Below, piece by piece: positions 35,248-54,667 of a DNA stretch of 64,000 nt. The stretch is from the human T2T-CHM13v2.0 reference genome, Homo sapiens. The DNA lies in the NCBI RefSeq assembly GCF_009914755.1, contig NC_060937.1. One strand, written 5' to 3'. The stretch's first letter is position 1; the number at the start of each line of letters is the position of its first letter. Position numbers and translations under genes: made by a program. The notes under the pieces are model-generated. The model did no database searches and had not been told where the DNA came from. It saw only the letters and a program-made list of their open reading frames with translations.

Positions 35248-35462
35248 TGATACAAGGGCGGAGTAGTCATCATCCTTTCTGATGAAACACAGATGGTCTC
35301 TGCAGAGCCCCCATTCATCTTTCTGCAACAGTGTTGCAATTATTCAGCTACCTTCTCCTGTCACCTTCTTTGAGAAAGATCATCCACTCCAAATACTCTT
35401 GCTCCCTTTTATTGGCACATATTCAGAGCCACATATGTGACATCTTGGACAAATACACCCAT
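35248..35462 (-). pseudogene. Candidate exon of fossil gene (215 bp)
   Basis: Acceptor ttttttcctaAG, donor GTGAGA; MGVFVQDVTYVALNMCQ*KGARVFGVDDLSQ.. Confidence 0.58.
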
Positions 35463-36068
35463 CTTAGGAAAAAATTTTAACAGGAGTATGCAGTAGTTAG
35501 ATCTCCTAGAAAAACTTTTTTTGAGTTCCATTTATTTCTATCTTGAAAATAAAAACGATGTACTTCCAAAACAGTTGAGAATATAGAAAAGCATAGTGGC
35601 AGATAGTAAGTCACGTACAATCCCATCAGAAGGGGTAAATATTATTAATATTTTTACATATTTTATTTCAGTCTTCATTCATACATATAATATGTCTATT
35701 TATTAAACTTCAGCATTCTTTTTTGAACAATTTATGGATAATTTGCCATATCCTTGTGTATATTTCTGAAACATGATGTTTAATTGCTAATAATACTCTA
35801 CTATACACTTAGCCAATCCTTACTGGTTTATGTTTTTCATTTTTAACTTTTAAAAGTAATATTCTGATTAACAATGTTGTGTATAAGTATTTCTCTATGT
35901 TTATGATTAAGTTCTTGAAATAAATTCCTGGAATTACAATTAAGTCAAGTAATTAAATGTTCTCAAGACAGCATAATATAAGAACCTGTATTTTCCAAAT
36001 ACTCACCAGTAAAAGCTATTTTAATAAGTTAAATTTGTTTGACATTCCATTCAATATTAAAGGATTGA

Positions 36069-36404
<336 letters not shown>

Positions 36405-36602
36405 GTTTTTTCCCTTTTTTTAAAAACACACTTTACTTTTACTTCCAGGTGAGTATTTTTAATACTGTTATATTTTTGTAAAATATTATAAAAATACTGT
36501 AATAGTTTTGTAAAATATTTTGTAAAAATTTTTAAATGAAGCTATTTAACACATATGACATGCTAATGTTACTTAATGGATTCCTATGTATTTCATAGGA
36601 AT

Positions 36603-37100
36603 CTCGGCCCAGTCCAGGCGCCGCGCGTGGCTGGAGCTCTGGCTGGCTGCCTTAGTGTCATGCGGAGGCTTAGCGAGGATTCAGGGACAGTAAGCTCTGT
36701 TCTCGCCGAGCAGGGGGCGGGCTCGCGAGATCAGCTGCTTCTGGCCGGGCGGGGGCGTGGACTCAGCGTTCTGGGTGGCCAGGCCGTCGACCTGCGGCCT
36801 TTGTTCCGGGCCGCTGCCAGGCCTGAGGCCCTCCTGGGTTTCGGTTCAGCGTTAGTTAACAGTTAACCCGCCAGGGCAGGCTTCTGCCCAGGCACAGGAG
36901 AGCCAGTGAGCTTGTTCACCTTGAAACTTGGGCCACACCTGAGACCTGCCACCTCAGGGTGGTAAGCAGGCCGTTTCTAACAAGCTTTCATGGCATTTGT
37001 GCGCTTTAAAGTATAGAAGCTGCTCCAGGGCTTCCGCAGCCCCGGCCGTCCTGGAGATACTCGTTCCCTGGAGTCCGTAGTTGAGAATTTACAGCTCCTG
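36603..37100 (+). promoter_or_regulatory. CpG island / promoter-like segment
   Basis: Abrupt AT-to-GC switch at ~36603; GC boxes (36713-36721, 36746-36760); CTCGCGAGA (BANP/M4-type) at 36722-36730; splice donor GTAAGC at 36690. Confidence 0.65.
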
Positions 37101-38049
37101 GACAGCCACGTGCAGTCTCAGAACTGCAGGCGTCTTTACCGAAATGTTAAACACAGCTTGAAGTTAGGCAGGATAACTGCCAGAGCTGGATGGACCTTAG
37201 AGGTGCCAGCTAATGCGCTGTGAGCGTTTTCTGAGGTTAGGCCTGCTCTAAACATTTGATATGTGTTAAAGCATTTATGTGCTTTGCCCACACCCCTATG
37301 TGGCGGGCCCTTCTTACAGTAAAAGAAACTGCAGCACAGCGAAATTAAGCAACTTGCCCCAAATCACGCAGAACTGGGATGCAAACCCAGGTCTAGCTCA
37401 CTCGTGATCACAGTTCAACATCAGACGATGATGCCAATTTCCAGAACAGCTACGTGACTTTATATAAAATTATTGGGCAAGCGTTCAATTGTAAACATTC
37501 GTGAACATAGCTGTTGCACATTAGCTTTCCTATTTTTTTTTTACATTCAGGACCATGTTTGGTGACATATAAATATCAATATTATATATATCACCAATAT
37601 ACATCTTTGCTTTGCTAAAAGGTTTTTGTGTCTTCAGGATAGTTTACTTGTAAGCCACATGTTTTTATAAATCCGTGGGTGCAACCTGAATAAAACTAAT
37701 GCCTACCCCGTGGCGGTTTTGTGAAGAGTAATGAACTATTATATTCAAAGGGTCCAAGCAGTAGGCACTTACTGAAGGACAGCTAGTTTTATCTATTATT
37801 ATTCTGCCATTCAGAGAGATATCAAAACTACTCTAAGGCATTTCTCTTCCCTGCACCTAAAAGCAAGGGTGTCATACTTGAGATAAGCATTCTGATAATG
37901 TGTAGGCAAAGTTTCCAGACTTAGTAAAAGCAGCTTAATCATGGCTCAAGAGGAGTGACAAGTTACCACCTATCTGCAATTCAAGGAGAATATAAGATAG
38001 AGAAGAAAGCAGTGAATGAATTTCATTTGATTAGCAGTAGATTGGACAC

Positions 38050-38915
<866 letters not shown>

Positions 38916-39277
38916 ATAGGTAAAAATTAAGGTTTAGTAAGAATTTTTTTAATTTTAAAAATTTAATTTTTAAAATAGGAAAAAATCCCTGTTTGATGTA
39001 GCAGACTTAATTCTGGAAAAGTTTTAATATATACAAAGTAAATAGACTATATAATGAACTTCCATCACTCAGCTTTAACAGTTATCAGCATTCTTCCATT
39101 CTTGTTTTATTTATACCTCTATGGATTCCCTACCTCTCCTATTTGATTGTTATTTTTACATTTTTAGGTAAAGCTTAAATACATTGAAATGTTCACATCT
39201 GAACTGTACAACTTTCCCAAATAACATAGCAGATTTTGTATACTTAAAAAATGCCTCCAAAAATGAGATAATTTTAC

Positions 39278-39455
39278 CTGCTGAACTTGAAAATAAGAAA
39301 CTTAACCACTGTGCTAGACATCAAAACCAAATAAACCTTGGCTTAGTTTCTCTATGATCAAGGCAGATCGAGCAGTAAGGAAGCCACACACACCTGCTGC
39401 CCAGCCATGAGAGATGTAAAGTCTCCTGTTCAATGAGTCAATGTACTTTGAATGC
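39278..39455 (-). pseudogene. Candidate exon of fossil gene (178 bp, phase 2-0)
   Basis: Acceptor tttcatatAG, donor CAG|GTAAAA; HSKYIDSLNRRLYISHGWAAGVCGFLTARSALIIEKLSQGLFGFDV*. Confidence 0.58.
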
Positions 39456-39509
39456 CTATATGAAATTTTCAAATAAAGGTTTTTTAAATTTTTTTTAAAT
39501 AAAAAAATA

Positions 39510-39826
<317 letters not shown>

Positions 39827-39835
39827 ATCTCCCAC

Positions 39836-40016
39836 CTGTGTTAAGACAGTTAAATATTTCTTGATGTTAGCTTGAGGACCAAGTGAGCCATCTTGCCAGT
39901 TAAGCAAGTCTTATTTCAGAGGACCAAATGGTTAAAAGAGGAGAATTTGTACATTTGTTGAGCTTCCCCATCTGAAGCTTGGGTTCCGTACTATCCTATT
40001 ACTATCCATCTTCATA
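39836..40016 (-). pseudogene. Candidate exon of fossil gene (181 bp)
   Basis: Acceptor tttgtttcattcAG, donor CAG|GTGGGA; phase compatible with the next exon. Confidence 0.55.
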
Positions 40017-40245
40017 CTGAATGAAACAAACTGAAAGGGAATTCATAATCTTTTTTCTTAACTGAACAGGAAAACTTATGAAAATCAACAATAAATCTGA
40101 ATTTTAATTTTCATTCAACAGCTGAAAAACCATGTCTGTTGACCACATTGGACTATTGCCTAGTTAAAATCCATAAAATTCTCTATAAACCAATGAAAAG
40201 AAAGTAGTCTGGCAATAATTTCCAACTTTTTAAATCCTAATTTTT

Positions 40246-40553
<308 letters not shown>

Positions 40554-40858
40554 CTAATTTTTAGTTACAAAGAAAAAGGATAGAACGAGGCTTTTCAAGG
40601 AATTCTTGCTCATCCCTTCAATAATTTGGCAGGCAACACAGTCCTAGAATTCAGCTTCCTTTTTGGTTTTATTACTATTAAATAGATACTTTCATATAAA
40701 TGGAAACATTTTTCCTCAAAACATCAATTCAAAACATACTCCTTATATTAAAGGCTATGGCACCACATTTTTGGTAAATTCCCTATGTGTAACTTTTTCC
40801 TGTTGGTATGTGATTTTTTTCATTTAATATGACTATCTGCTGGTGTTGGGGGCAATAG

Positions 40859-41316
<458 letters not shown>

Positions 41317-41408
41317 GTGGATATTTTTATTTCTAACTTTGAAAATCAGTCCACACAATTTCATTGGTGTGAATTCTTTCTGTTGCTCTTTTTCATATTT
41401 TAATGCAG

Positions 41409-42853
41409 AGATTCCTCTTACAAGGCCCATGCTTCAAACACAATTATATCTTTCTATATCCAGCCAGCTGGAAATATATAGGGGTAAGAAGTATTTCTTG
41501 AAAAGTCCTTGTTTAGTAAGTTAGTAACAACTGGGATGACTAGTTGCCAAGATGTCTTGTAACTGCCTAGCAGATGACACCTGCCGTGGCAAGTCTCATT
41601 CACTTCAGTACAAGACTCTGTACATTTCAATCTGATATTCTATTTTGCCATTTAAGTATGCCATTAAAATCATAGAGATTTTCAGTGACATTGGAGTACT
41701 GTAAATATTAGTTTCAAAAAGAATTATCTTGAATAGGATGATTAAACCAATAAGAAGAAAGAAACACACAGAAATGATATTTTGCAGTTTATCTGTATTA
41801 AGAAATGCTTCTTGCCAATTTCTGGTTTTGGTTTTTGGATTGCTACATAAGACTTTCTTTCCATTTACTTTATGTGTTTTTAAAAGCTGCAGGTGATTTT
41901 TAAGGTTTGATGGAATTATAATGGGAGCCTTGTATAAGTTAAATGAAACTGGTAAAGGAGAGCTTACTTTGTCTATAATGCGTTCAGGATTATAACTTAG
42001 ATTTAAAAATGAAATGTCTGACTTGTAAAATATTTAATGTTATATCAGACTTCAATAAAATTTTCTGCGAGAACTCAAAGTAAATGCATTAGATTTTTAA
42101 TGAATGTTCTGAATGAAATATGAATTTTTGTCTTTCAGTCTCTGTAGTTTATCTCAATATATTAATAAAAAGGTCTGTTCTCACTGTAAAAAAAAATTCA
42201 TATTATAATGACATGAATATACAGACTTCCAAATTAGTTCTTTTTATATCTGTATTTTTTAAACCTCTTGAGTTGGGTTATTTTTATTTCCATTTCCTGG
42301 CTCTTCTGCCGCATGAAAATCATGCTTCCACTTTTCTTGCACCCTTTGATAAGCCTCAAAGTTACTATATGGGGTACCCGAAAGACAAGATATTGTCACT
42401 AGCCTCAAAAATTTTACTATTATGGACACACAGACACCAATGGTTTCCCTGTTTCTGAAAGCTCCCAGTTTACACAGATAGAACTTCATGCTTTATATTC
42501 TTTATCAGACTTCACATAGTTGAAAATTATTTCCTTCCAATCTGGAAAAGATGATTTTTGAGTTGTAACTGATCACAAATTGCTAGTCAGTCTGTGTGTT
42601 CATCCTACGGTTTCAACATCTTCTAAACTGTGTTTATGGTACTAGTCTTAATTCATTTTTATATTAAAAACAGTCATTTTCATCACACATACCTGCATTT
42701 CAAAATTTTTTATTAGAAGATGACACAGTACAAGGCAGTTGAACACTAACTTTTGATATTTTGATAAAAACAAAAATGGGAATCTTTCCAAGTGACTTTT
42801 GAGCAAGGATCTGGTCATCTATGTATTTGATACCAGTCGCTCAATATTTTAAG
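41409..42853 (+). pseudogene. Candidate decayed plus-strand exons with EF-hand-like loops
   Basis: AG..GT-bounded segments 41409-41483, 41887-41951, 42717-42853; YFDKNKNGNLS from ~42757; second DTDTNGF-like loop at ~42425-42447 needs indel correction. Confidence 0.4.
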
Positions 42854-42859
42854 GTAAAT

Positions 42860-46400
<3,541 letters not shown>

Positions 46401-46458
46401 TGTATAGGTACATGTACATGTGCACACACAGACACATGCATGTGTGTAAATACTAATT

Positions 46459-48122
46459 TTTATTTATTTATTTATTTTTATTGATCATTCTTGGGTGTTC
46501 CTCGCAGAGGGGGATTTGGCAGGGTCATAGGACAATAGTGGAGGGAGGGTCAGCAGATAAACAAGTGAACAAAGGTCTCTGGTTTTCCTAGGCAGAGGAC
46601 CCTGCGGCCTTCCGCAGTGTTTGTGTCCCTGGGTACTTAAGATTAGGGAGTGGTGATGACTCTTAATGAGCATGCTGCCTTCAAGCATCTGTTTAACAAA
46701 GCACATCTTGCACAGCCCTTAATCCATTTAACCCTGAGTGGACACAGCACATGTTTCAGAGAGCACAGGGTTGGGGGTAAGGTCACAGATCAACAGGATC
46801 CCAAGGCAGAAGAATTTTTCTTAGTACAGAACAAAATGAAAAGTCTCCCATGTCTACTTCTTTCTACACAGACACGGCAACCATCCGATTTCTCAATCTT
46901 TTCCCCACCTTTCCCCCCTTTCCATTCCACAAAACCGCCATTGTCATCATGGCCCATTCTCAATGAGCTGTTGGGTACACCTCCCAGACGGGGTGGTGGC
47001 CGGGCAGAGGGGCTCCTCACTTCCCAGTAGGGGCGGCCGGGCAGAGGCGCCCGTCACCTCCCGGACAGGGCGGCTGGCCGGGCGGGGGGCTGACCCCCCA
47101 CCTCCCTCCCGGACGGGGCGGCTGGCCTGGCGGGGGCTGACCCCCACCTCCCTCCCGGACGGGGCGGCTGGCCTGGCGGGGGCTGACCCCTACCTCCCTC
47201 CCAGACGGGGTGGCTGCCGGGCGGAGACGCTCCTCACTTCCCAGACGGGGTGGCTGCCGGACGGAGGGGCTCCTTACTTCTCAGACGGGGCGGCTGCCGG
47301 GCAGAGGGTCTCCTCCCTTCTCAGACGGGGCGGCCGGGCAGAGACGCTCCTCACCTCCCAGACAGGGTCACAGCCGGGCAGAGGCACCCCTCACATCCCA
47401 GATGGGGCGGCAGGGCAGAGGCGCTCCCCACATCTCAGACGATGGGCGGCCGGGCAGAGACGCTCCTCACTTCCTAGATGGGATGGCGGCCGGGAAGAGG
47501 CGCTCCTCACTTCCTAGATGGGATGGCGGCCGGGAAGAGATGCTCCTCACTTTCCAGACTGGGCAGCCAGGCAGAGGGGCTCCTCACATCCCAGACGATG
47601 GGTGGCCAGGCAGAGACGCTCCTCACTTCCCAGACAGGGTGGCGGCCTGGCAGAGGCTGCAATCTCGGCTCTTTGGGAGGCCAAGGCAGGCAGCTGGGAG
47701 GTGGTTGTAGCGAGCCCAGATCACGCCACTGCACTCCAGCCTGGGCACCATTGAGCACTGAGTGAACGAGACTCGGTCTGCAATCCCGGCACCTCGGGAG
47801 GCCGAGGCTGGCGGATCACTTGCGGTTAGGAGCTGGAGACCAGCCCGGCCAACACAGCCAAACCCCGTCTCCACCAAAAAAATACGAAAACCAGTCAGGC
47901 GTGGCGGCGCACGCCTGCAATTTTCGCAGGCACTTGGCAGGCTGAGGCAGGAGAATCAGGCAGGGAGGTTGCAGTGAGCGGAGATGGCAGCAGTACAGTC
48001 CAGCTTCGGCTCGGCATCAGAGGGAGACCGTGGAAAGAGAGGGAGAGGGAGACTGTGGGGAGAGGGAGAGGGAGACGGAGAGGGAGAGGGAGACGGAGAG
48101 GGAGAGGGAGAGGGAGAGGGAG
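46459..48122 (-). mobile_element. Full-length SVA retrotransposon
   Basis: (CCCTCT)n hexamer at ~48035-48122, Alu-like domain, GC-rich VNTR ~46980-47650, SINE-R, AATAAA and A-rich tail; TSD AATACTAATT at 46449-46458 and 48123-48132. Confidence 0.97.
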
Positions 48123-48399
48123 AATACTAATTCGAAAATTTATTTTTTAATTGTACATTTTTATGGGAGCTTCCTGATTGAGGTATACTCCACCCAGTCT
48201 TAAATCTGAGCTCCATAGAAACTGAGGCAAAGACAGAATCATGACTAATTACATAGCCATCATTGTTTACTAGAAGGAATCATACCCAAATGAATGAAAG
48301 CTCCATGAGAAAAAGAACTTCACATGGAGTCTTCAATGTCATGTAACAAGTGCCTAGAATAGGGCCAGGCAAACAGTAAACATTCAATTAACATTTGCT

Positions 48400-48752
<353 letters not shown>

Positions 48753-50329
48753 CTAAAGTTCTTTGTTAGAAGTTCTAATCAACTAATAATGACACCCTTG
48801 CAGAAATTTTATTTTTAAATGAAGACATGTTTTATATTTGGCTGTTTCTTAAATGAGCCTCCGTGAAAGTCATGGGCAGTAGAGTAAATTGTACTTGTGG
48901 GAAATGCAATTGTACTTGTACTTAATGCAAGGCCAAAGTGATGTAGTTTGGGTTTGCAGCTTATTGGTTCAGTACAGGTTTAGTGCCAACTTTCCAATAA
49001 CTTTAAATAATAAATGCTGCTCAGAATGGAATAATCTATTATTCTAAAGCACAGTTCCATTTGCTTAAGAATATGTAAATATCGCACCTTCTTGTATAAC
49101 TTCTATAAAAAGATTTTGAAGTTTTAATTATTTAAAGGTTATATACAAAAAGCTACTTTAGAGGGAACTTTTTTATAACACGGTGTTCTTTTATTTTCCA
49201 GGAAGAGAGAAAAGCCAAAAAGTAATTAAAATAATGAAGGTGAAAGTGATTATTATCTCCATAGTATCTCCAAAAACGAAATAGAATGAAACACAACGAA
49301 AAACGAATTTAAACAATACAGAAAATAATTAAAACCTTGCTAAAATTGTTTAGGTTCTCTGGCTTCCAGTGAAAAATCAGACTAAAGGATGACCAATTAA
49401 ATCAGTGTTTTCACTGTAGGAAATGCTAACGTCTAAAGAGGCAGAAGAAGAAAAAAATATTTTACAGGTCAGGGATAAGTCATGAAAAGGATAATAGGGA
49501 AAAAGGATAAAATAGTCAAAAACAGGTAAGGAAGGGATTAAATGACAGTAATACTGCTCTTTTAGAAACTCTATTTAATTGACTTTGCCACCATGAAAGC
49601 TTTCATATTCTCCAAATATCACTAGGGAGTCCTCAGAATTATTTATATATGACTTAATGACTCATAATAGAAAATATATTCGATATAACATGGGACTCTG
49701 TGTAAACTGGGGGCTTTTTCAGAGTAACAGCTTGTCAATAATTCATCTTGTCCATGGTCAAATCTCGTCAAAGTTCACCTCATGGCTATACATTCGAAGT
49801 TCAAATCTCTCACCAAAATACAACATAAATTTCAGAGAAACAGACCTGCTCTTGTATATGTATATATACATATCAATTAAGTGGTGCATTTTCTTTTTTT
49901 TTTAATAATGAACATCGTTTATTTTCATAAAGGAAAAATACCTTTTTTTTATTATTATTATACTTTAAGTTTTAGGGTACATGTGCACAATGTGCAGGTT
50001 AGTTACATATGTATACATGTGCCATGCTGGTTTGTAATAGAAGTAACAGCTGCAAGAACTATCTGACAAGGTATTATAAAACTCTAACCTACTGCATCAA
50101 CACTTAGTATCATAAAGCTATTGTCCTGCCAGTCTCTCAGAGGTAACTATGAATAAAATCAGGTTAAGAATTCTACCATATCATCCTCCTATTGATGATT
50201 TGCATAGGAACTATGGCAAGCAGCTTAGGCACTGGAATATTTCAAATAAATTAATAATGCTGAAATAAGTCAAACACCATTTTGCTTACTACTGCAGAAA
50301 ATATAATGCTATGACTGCTGATAATCTCT

Positions 50330-50795
50330 GAAAGTTATTCATTGTGTATAACTGAAACTGTATATACATTGAACAGCAACTGCCTAATTCCCCTTCCCTG
50401 CAGCCCTGGGCAGCTACCATTCTACTTTCTGTTTCTCTGAATTTGACTATGTTAGATATCCTATATGAGTGAAATTATGTAATATTTGTCATTATGCTGC
50501 TGGCTAATATCAATTAGCATCATATCCTCCAGGTTCATCTATGTTGTAGCATGTGACAGGATTTTCTTGTTTTTTTAAGGCTGAAAAATATTCCATGGTA
50601 TGCATTTACCACATTTTCTTCATTCAACCATTAATGGACATTTAGTTTATTTGTATATCTTAGCTACTGTGAATAGTGCTACAGTGAACATGAAATCCTT
50701 TCTCAAAAAAAGTAAAAATAGAACTACCATGTGCATTTCCACTCTGCAATCTCACTCAGATTACATAACCCAAAAAAATTGGAAACAAGATCTTA
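50330..50795. mobile_element. Old L1 3' fragment with short inversion
   Basis: Antisense L1 3'UTR followed by sense ctcaaaaaa..aaaatagaactacca. Confidence 0.7.
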
Positions 50796-51231
50796 AACCA
50801 CTTTTTTTTAACAAATGGTGATTTGAGTCAAGAGAGTAGTAACTTGAGAGATCACATAGCTAAGAAATGGTGGAGTTAGAAATCAGATCCAGATGTGTCT
50901 AACTCTAGTATGTATTCTTAAACAAAACATTAATAATTGTTTCAGAAATAAGTAATATATATCTTTTTATCATTTTTTAAAAAACTGTGAATGCATAATA
51001 GCAGATTACCTGATGACCATATGAGCCTGTCAGAAAATGAATTTGTAGTGTCTGTTTTAGCATAAGGAATAAAGGAATATAAATGTACAGAAACACTTAT
51101 GTAAATCCCATTGTGCTGGCAGAATTGGCTAACTGGAAGAAAATGCTGACCACTTACTGCATATCATTAAAAAAATTAAATTTTAAATGGTTTCAAGTTC
51201 AAAATATGAAGAGTGATAATTAAGAAAGTAA

Positions 51232-51535
51232 GGCTGATGCCATGTCTCAAGCCTGTACTCCCAACACTTTGGGAGGCCGAGGTGGGCCGATCACTTGAGA
51301 TCAGGAGTTCAAGACTAGCCTGGCCAATATGGTGAAACCCCCATCTCTACTAAAAATACAAAAATTAGCCGGGCGCGGTGTTGGGTGCCTGTAGTCCCAG
51401 CTACTCGGGAGGCTGAGGCAGGAGAATTGAATTGCTGGAGCGCAAGAGGCGGAGGTTGCAGTGAGCCAAGATCGCACCAGTGCACTCCAGCCTGGGCAAC
51501 AGAGCAAGACTCTGTCTCAAAAATAAATAAATAAG
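51232..51535 (+). mobile_element. AluS-type SINE
   Basis: Alu consensus; TSD-like taagaaagt. Confidence 0.9.
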
Positions 51536-52349
51536 AAAGTGAAAAACTAAAGAGTTCAGGGGAACATCTTAAAATAATGGAATGGAGCCTACTGAAGCAG
51601 GATGTGATTACAAATGAATTTGAATTCATTTATATGACAATATGAATTGGGTACTTACCATGTATCAGACACTCTTCTAGGTACTAGGGTTATGGTATGA
51701 ACAAAGCAGACAATAATACCTGTATGTGGAATTTATATTTTACTGGGGAAAAGACATGATAAATACAATAATTAAGAAAAATAATATGAAATGGTGATTA
51801 GTGCTAAAGAGAACAAAAAGAAAATGGGACAGAGAATGCTGGAGCAGGACTGATGGATTTTCACTGAGATGGACACGAGAAGCAGTCCTGCAATGGGACG
51901 TTTAAACAGAGATCTGAACAAGGCAAGGGAGTGTACCATCGCGGTAAGTGGCGAATGAGCTCTCCCAGGAGAGAGGTGCACATGAAGTCCTGGAGGTAAC
52001 AGTATAAGTACCAAGCTGGAGCAAAGTTAGCAATGGGGAGGGGCTAGTATGCACAGAGCTGCTCCTATATTTTAATGGTTGCAGAGCTGCCGAGAAGTCC
52101 GTGTGCACATATTTTTCTTAATAATTAATAATCAGTGTTCTGAGGTCTTTGTAAAACACACAACTTTTAGCAGAATGACTGCCCAGCTGAAAAGTTGAGC
52201 GTTGACTACAGGGATCCACTCAGAGGAGGAGGCCAATCCCAGGGCAGTTCACCTCATACCCGGGCAGGCTGGTCTGTAAGGTCCCTCAGCCCTGCTGTTG
52301 ACTATGAACAACTCTGGAAGGTGAGCATTCGTAAGAAATGAGCAATGTC

Positions 52350-52669
<320 letters not shown>

Positions 52670-53247
52670 CTATACGTCCACTCTACCAGAGGGTGCCTCC
52701 CCTGGGAAACAGCCTTCCCAGGAAGCCCTTTATCCCAAATTCCTTTTTGTTCTTGGACAAAGAAGAGAAGGTTCAAGTTCCTACTTCACACCTCTCCCTG
52801 GCTTCAGATAATGGACCCCAGATTGGGAATGAGATTGAGAAAAGGGGAACAAGAGAAAAAGGAATCCAGAACCGGCCACTTCACAAGCAGTAACAACCAA
52901 ATTTGAAAGGACTACAGTGTTGTTGCCAGTACTGCCCTCCGTGGGCCTCCATTGGCCCTTCCACTGGTGGGCCCCAGGGTACTTGGTTCATACTCAGGCT
53001 CTGAGTATGAATGGAAGGGCCAATCTCTTAAGCCTGACACTCTTCAAACCAGAGAAAGGAAATCACCTGCACCATTCTTTGACTGGAAAATAATCAAAGT
53101 TGAGGTATTTTATAAACTTTAAGTTTATTCTTAATATTATTACAAATACTTTAAGTGTATCAATATATGTTCTATCAAAACCAATCAACCTCATTTTAAA
53201 AAGCACATTTTCTTCACAAACATTTCTGTCATCTTTAAAAAGTCTCC

Positions 53248-53711
53248 CTTTTGAGACAGGCCTTGCTCTGTCACTCAGGCCACAGTGCAGTAGCATGATC
53301 ATGGTTCACTGTAACCTTGAACTCCTGGCCTCAAGCAATCCTCTCACCTCGGCCTCCCAAAGCACTGGGATAATAGGCATGAGCCACTGCACTCAGCCAA
53401 AATCTCTTTTTTTTTTTTTTTTTTTGAGACAGTCTCGCTCTGTCACCCAGGCTGGAGTACACTGGCGTGATCTCTGCTCACGGCAAGCTCCGCCTCCTGG
53501 GTTCATGCCATTCTCCTGCCTCGGCCTCCCGAGTAGCTGGGACTACAGGTGCCTGCCACCTCACCCAACTAATTTTTTTTTTTTTGTATTTTTAGTAGAG
53601 ACGGGGTTTCACCATGTTAGCCAGGATGGTCTCGATCTCCTGACCTCGTGATCCACCCGCCTCGGCCTCCCAAAGTGTTGGGATTACAGGCGTGAGCCAC
53701 CGCTCCCAGCC
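53248..53711 (-). mobile_element. Monomeric Alu (FLAM-like, 53248-53398) plus AluY (53407-53711)
   Basis: Alu consensus; TSD aaaatctctttt. Confidence 0.88.
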
Positions 53712-54667
53712 AAAAAATCTCTTTTAAATGTACTCGTCTGAGCAGCTCATCTTAGCCCTCTGAGAAAGCCAATACACTGTTACAGAAATCAAAACTCTCT
53801 CTCCTTTGTTCATGACCTAGGACACCAAGAATCAATCCTGCTTATACATACAGTCGATCAGTTATAGAACTTTGTTTTAGCCTATTTCCCCCTACACACC
53901 ACACAGGCTTCTGACTCAGTTTTGCTCTGTGTGGAAGAATTTCAATCCAAATCTGTTGGGGTATGGTAGCAAGGCCATGTTTTCCAATTCTTTGGAAGTT
54001 GGTGGTAACTAAAATGGAAAAGAGATTCTTAGCACAAGGAAAATTAGAGATTTGATTAGCTATATGAAATTTAGTCAATCAAATATTCCATGGTATGCAT
54101 TTACCACATTTTCTTCATTCATCCATCAATGGACACTTAGTTTATGTGTATATCTTGGCTACTGTGAATAATGCTACAATCAACATGAAACCCTTTCTTA
54201 AAAAAATTAAAAATAGAACGACCATGTGTAATTCTACTCTGCAATCACACTCAGATTACATAACCCAAGAAAACTAGAATCAAGATCTTACACCACTTTT
54301 TTTTTAACAAATGGTGATCTCAAGAGAGGAAAAGTTCAGATTCAAACGACTCAAAGAGGTAAATTTGTAGGTAAAAAAAAACTGAGGGCCTCAATATGAT
54401 AGTTTCTCTTCCTTGTGCTGGTACCGTGTACAGCAGTGTGGCATGCCATATGACAAAGGTGACTGAAAAACAAATTCCAATGCTACAGTGTCCAGGACCT
54501 AGCTCATTCTTTATAGTCTGTGATCCACATCACCACCACAAAGTTCATCCCTGCACTTTGAAGGTCCCAACTTATGTAAATTCCACACATCACAGGACAA
54601 TAAAAACAAGTTATTCTAAATACTTAGAAGGGAGGAAAGAATACAAAGTATGAAAGAAAATATGTTG

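Noticed and set aside
34364-35462. Fragments resembling TPTE (DVTYV, PPLY) or PARP4 vWA (GDGH..LVK), both duplicated on 13q
   Set aside because: Matches are short, not colinear, and too divergent for a primate segmental duplication.
33708-35462. One alternative frame whose stops are all TGA (selenoprotein or readthrough idea)
   Set aside because: Stop number is similar in all three frames; TGA excess fits CpG decay or chance, and no SECIS was seen.
36431-36454. Overlapping acceptor/donor ttttacttccAG|GTGAGT (recursive-splice-like)
   Set aside because: Single motif with no supporting upstream plus-strand transcript evidence.
46650-47977. Long GC-rich ORFs up to 184 aa
   Set aside because: They lie in the SVA VNTR and Alu-like domains, where stops are compositionally rare.
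53100-53651. 183-aa ORF and the many similar [24 protein letters not shown] ORFs
   Set aside because: Antisense Alu translations.
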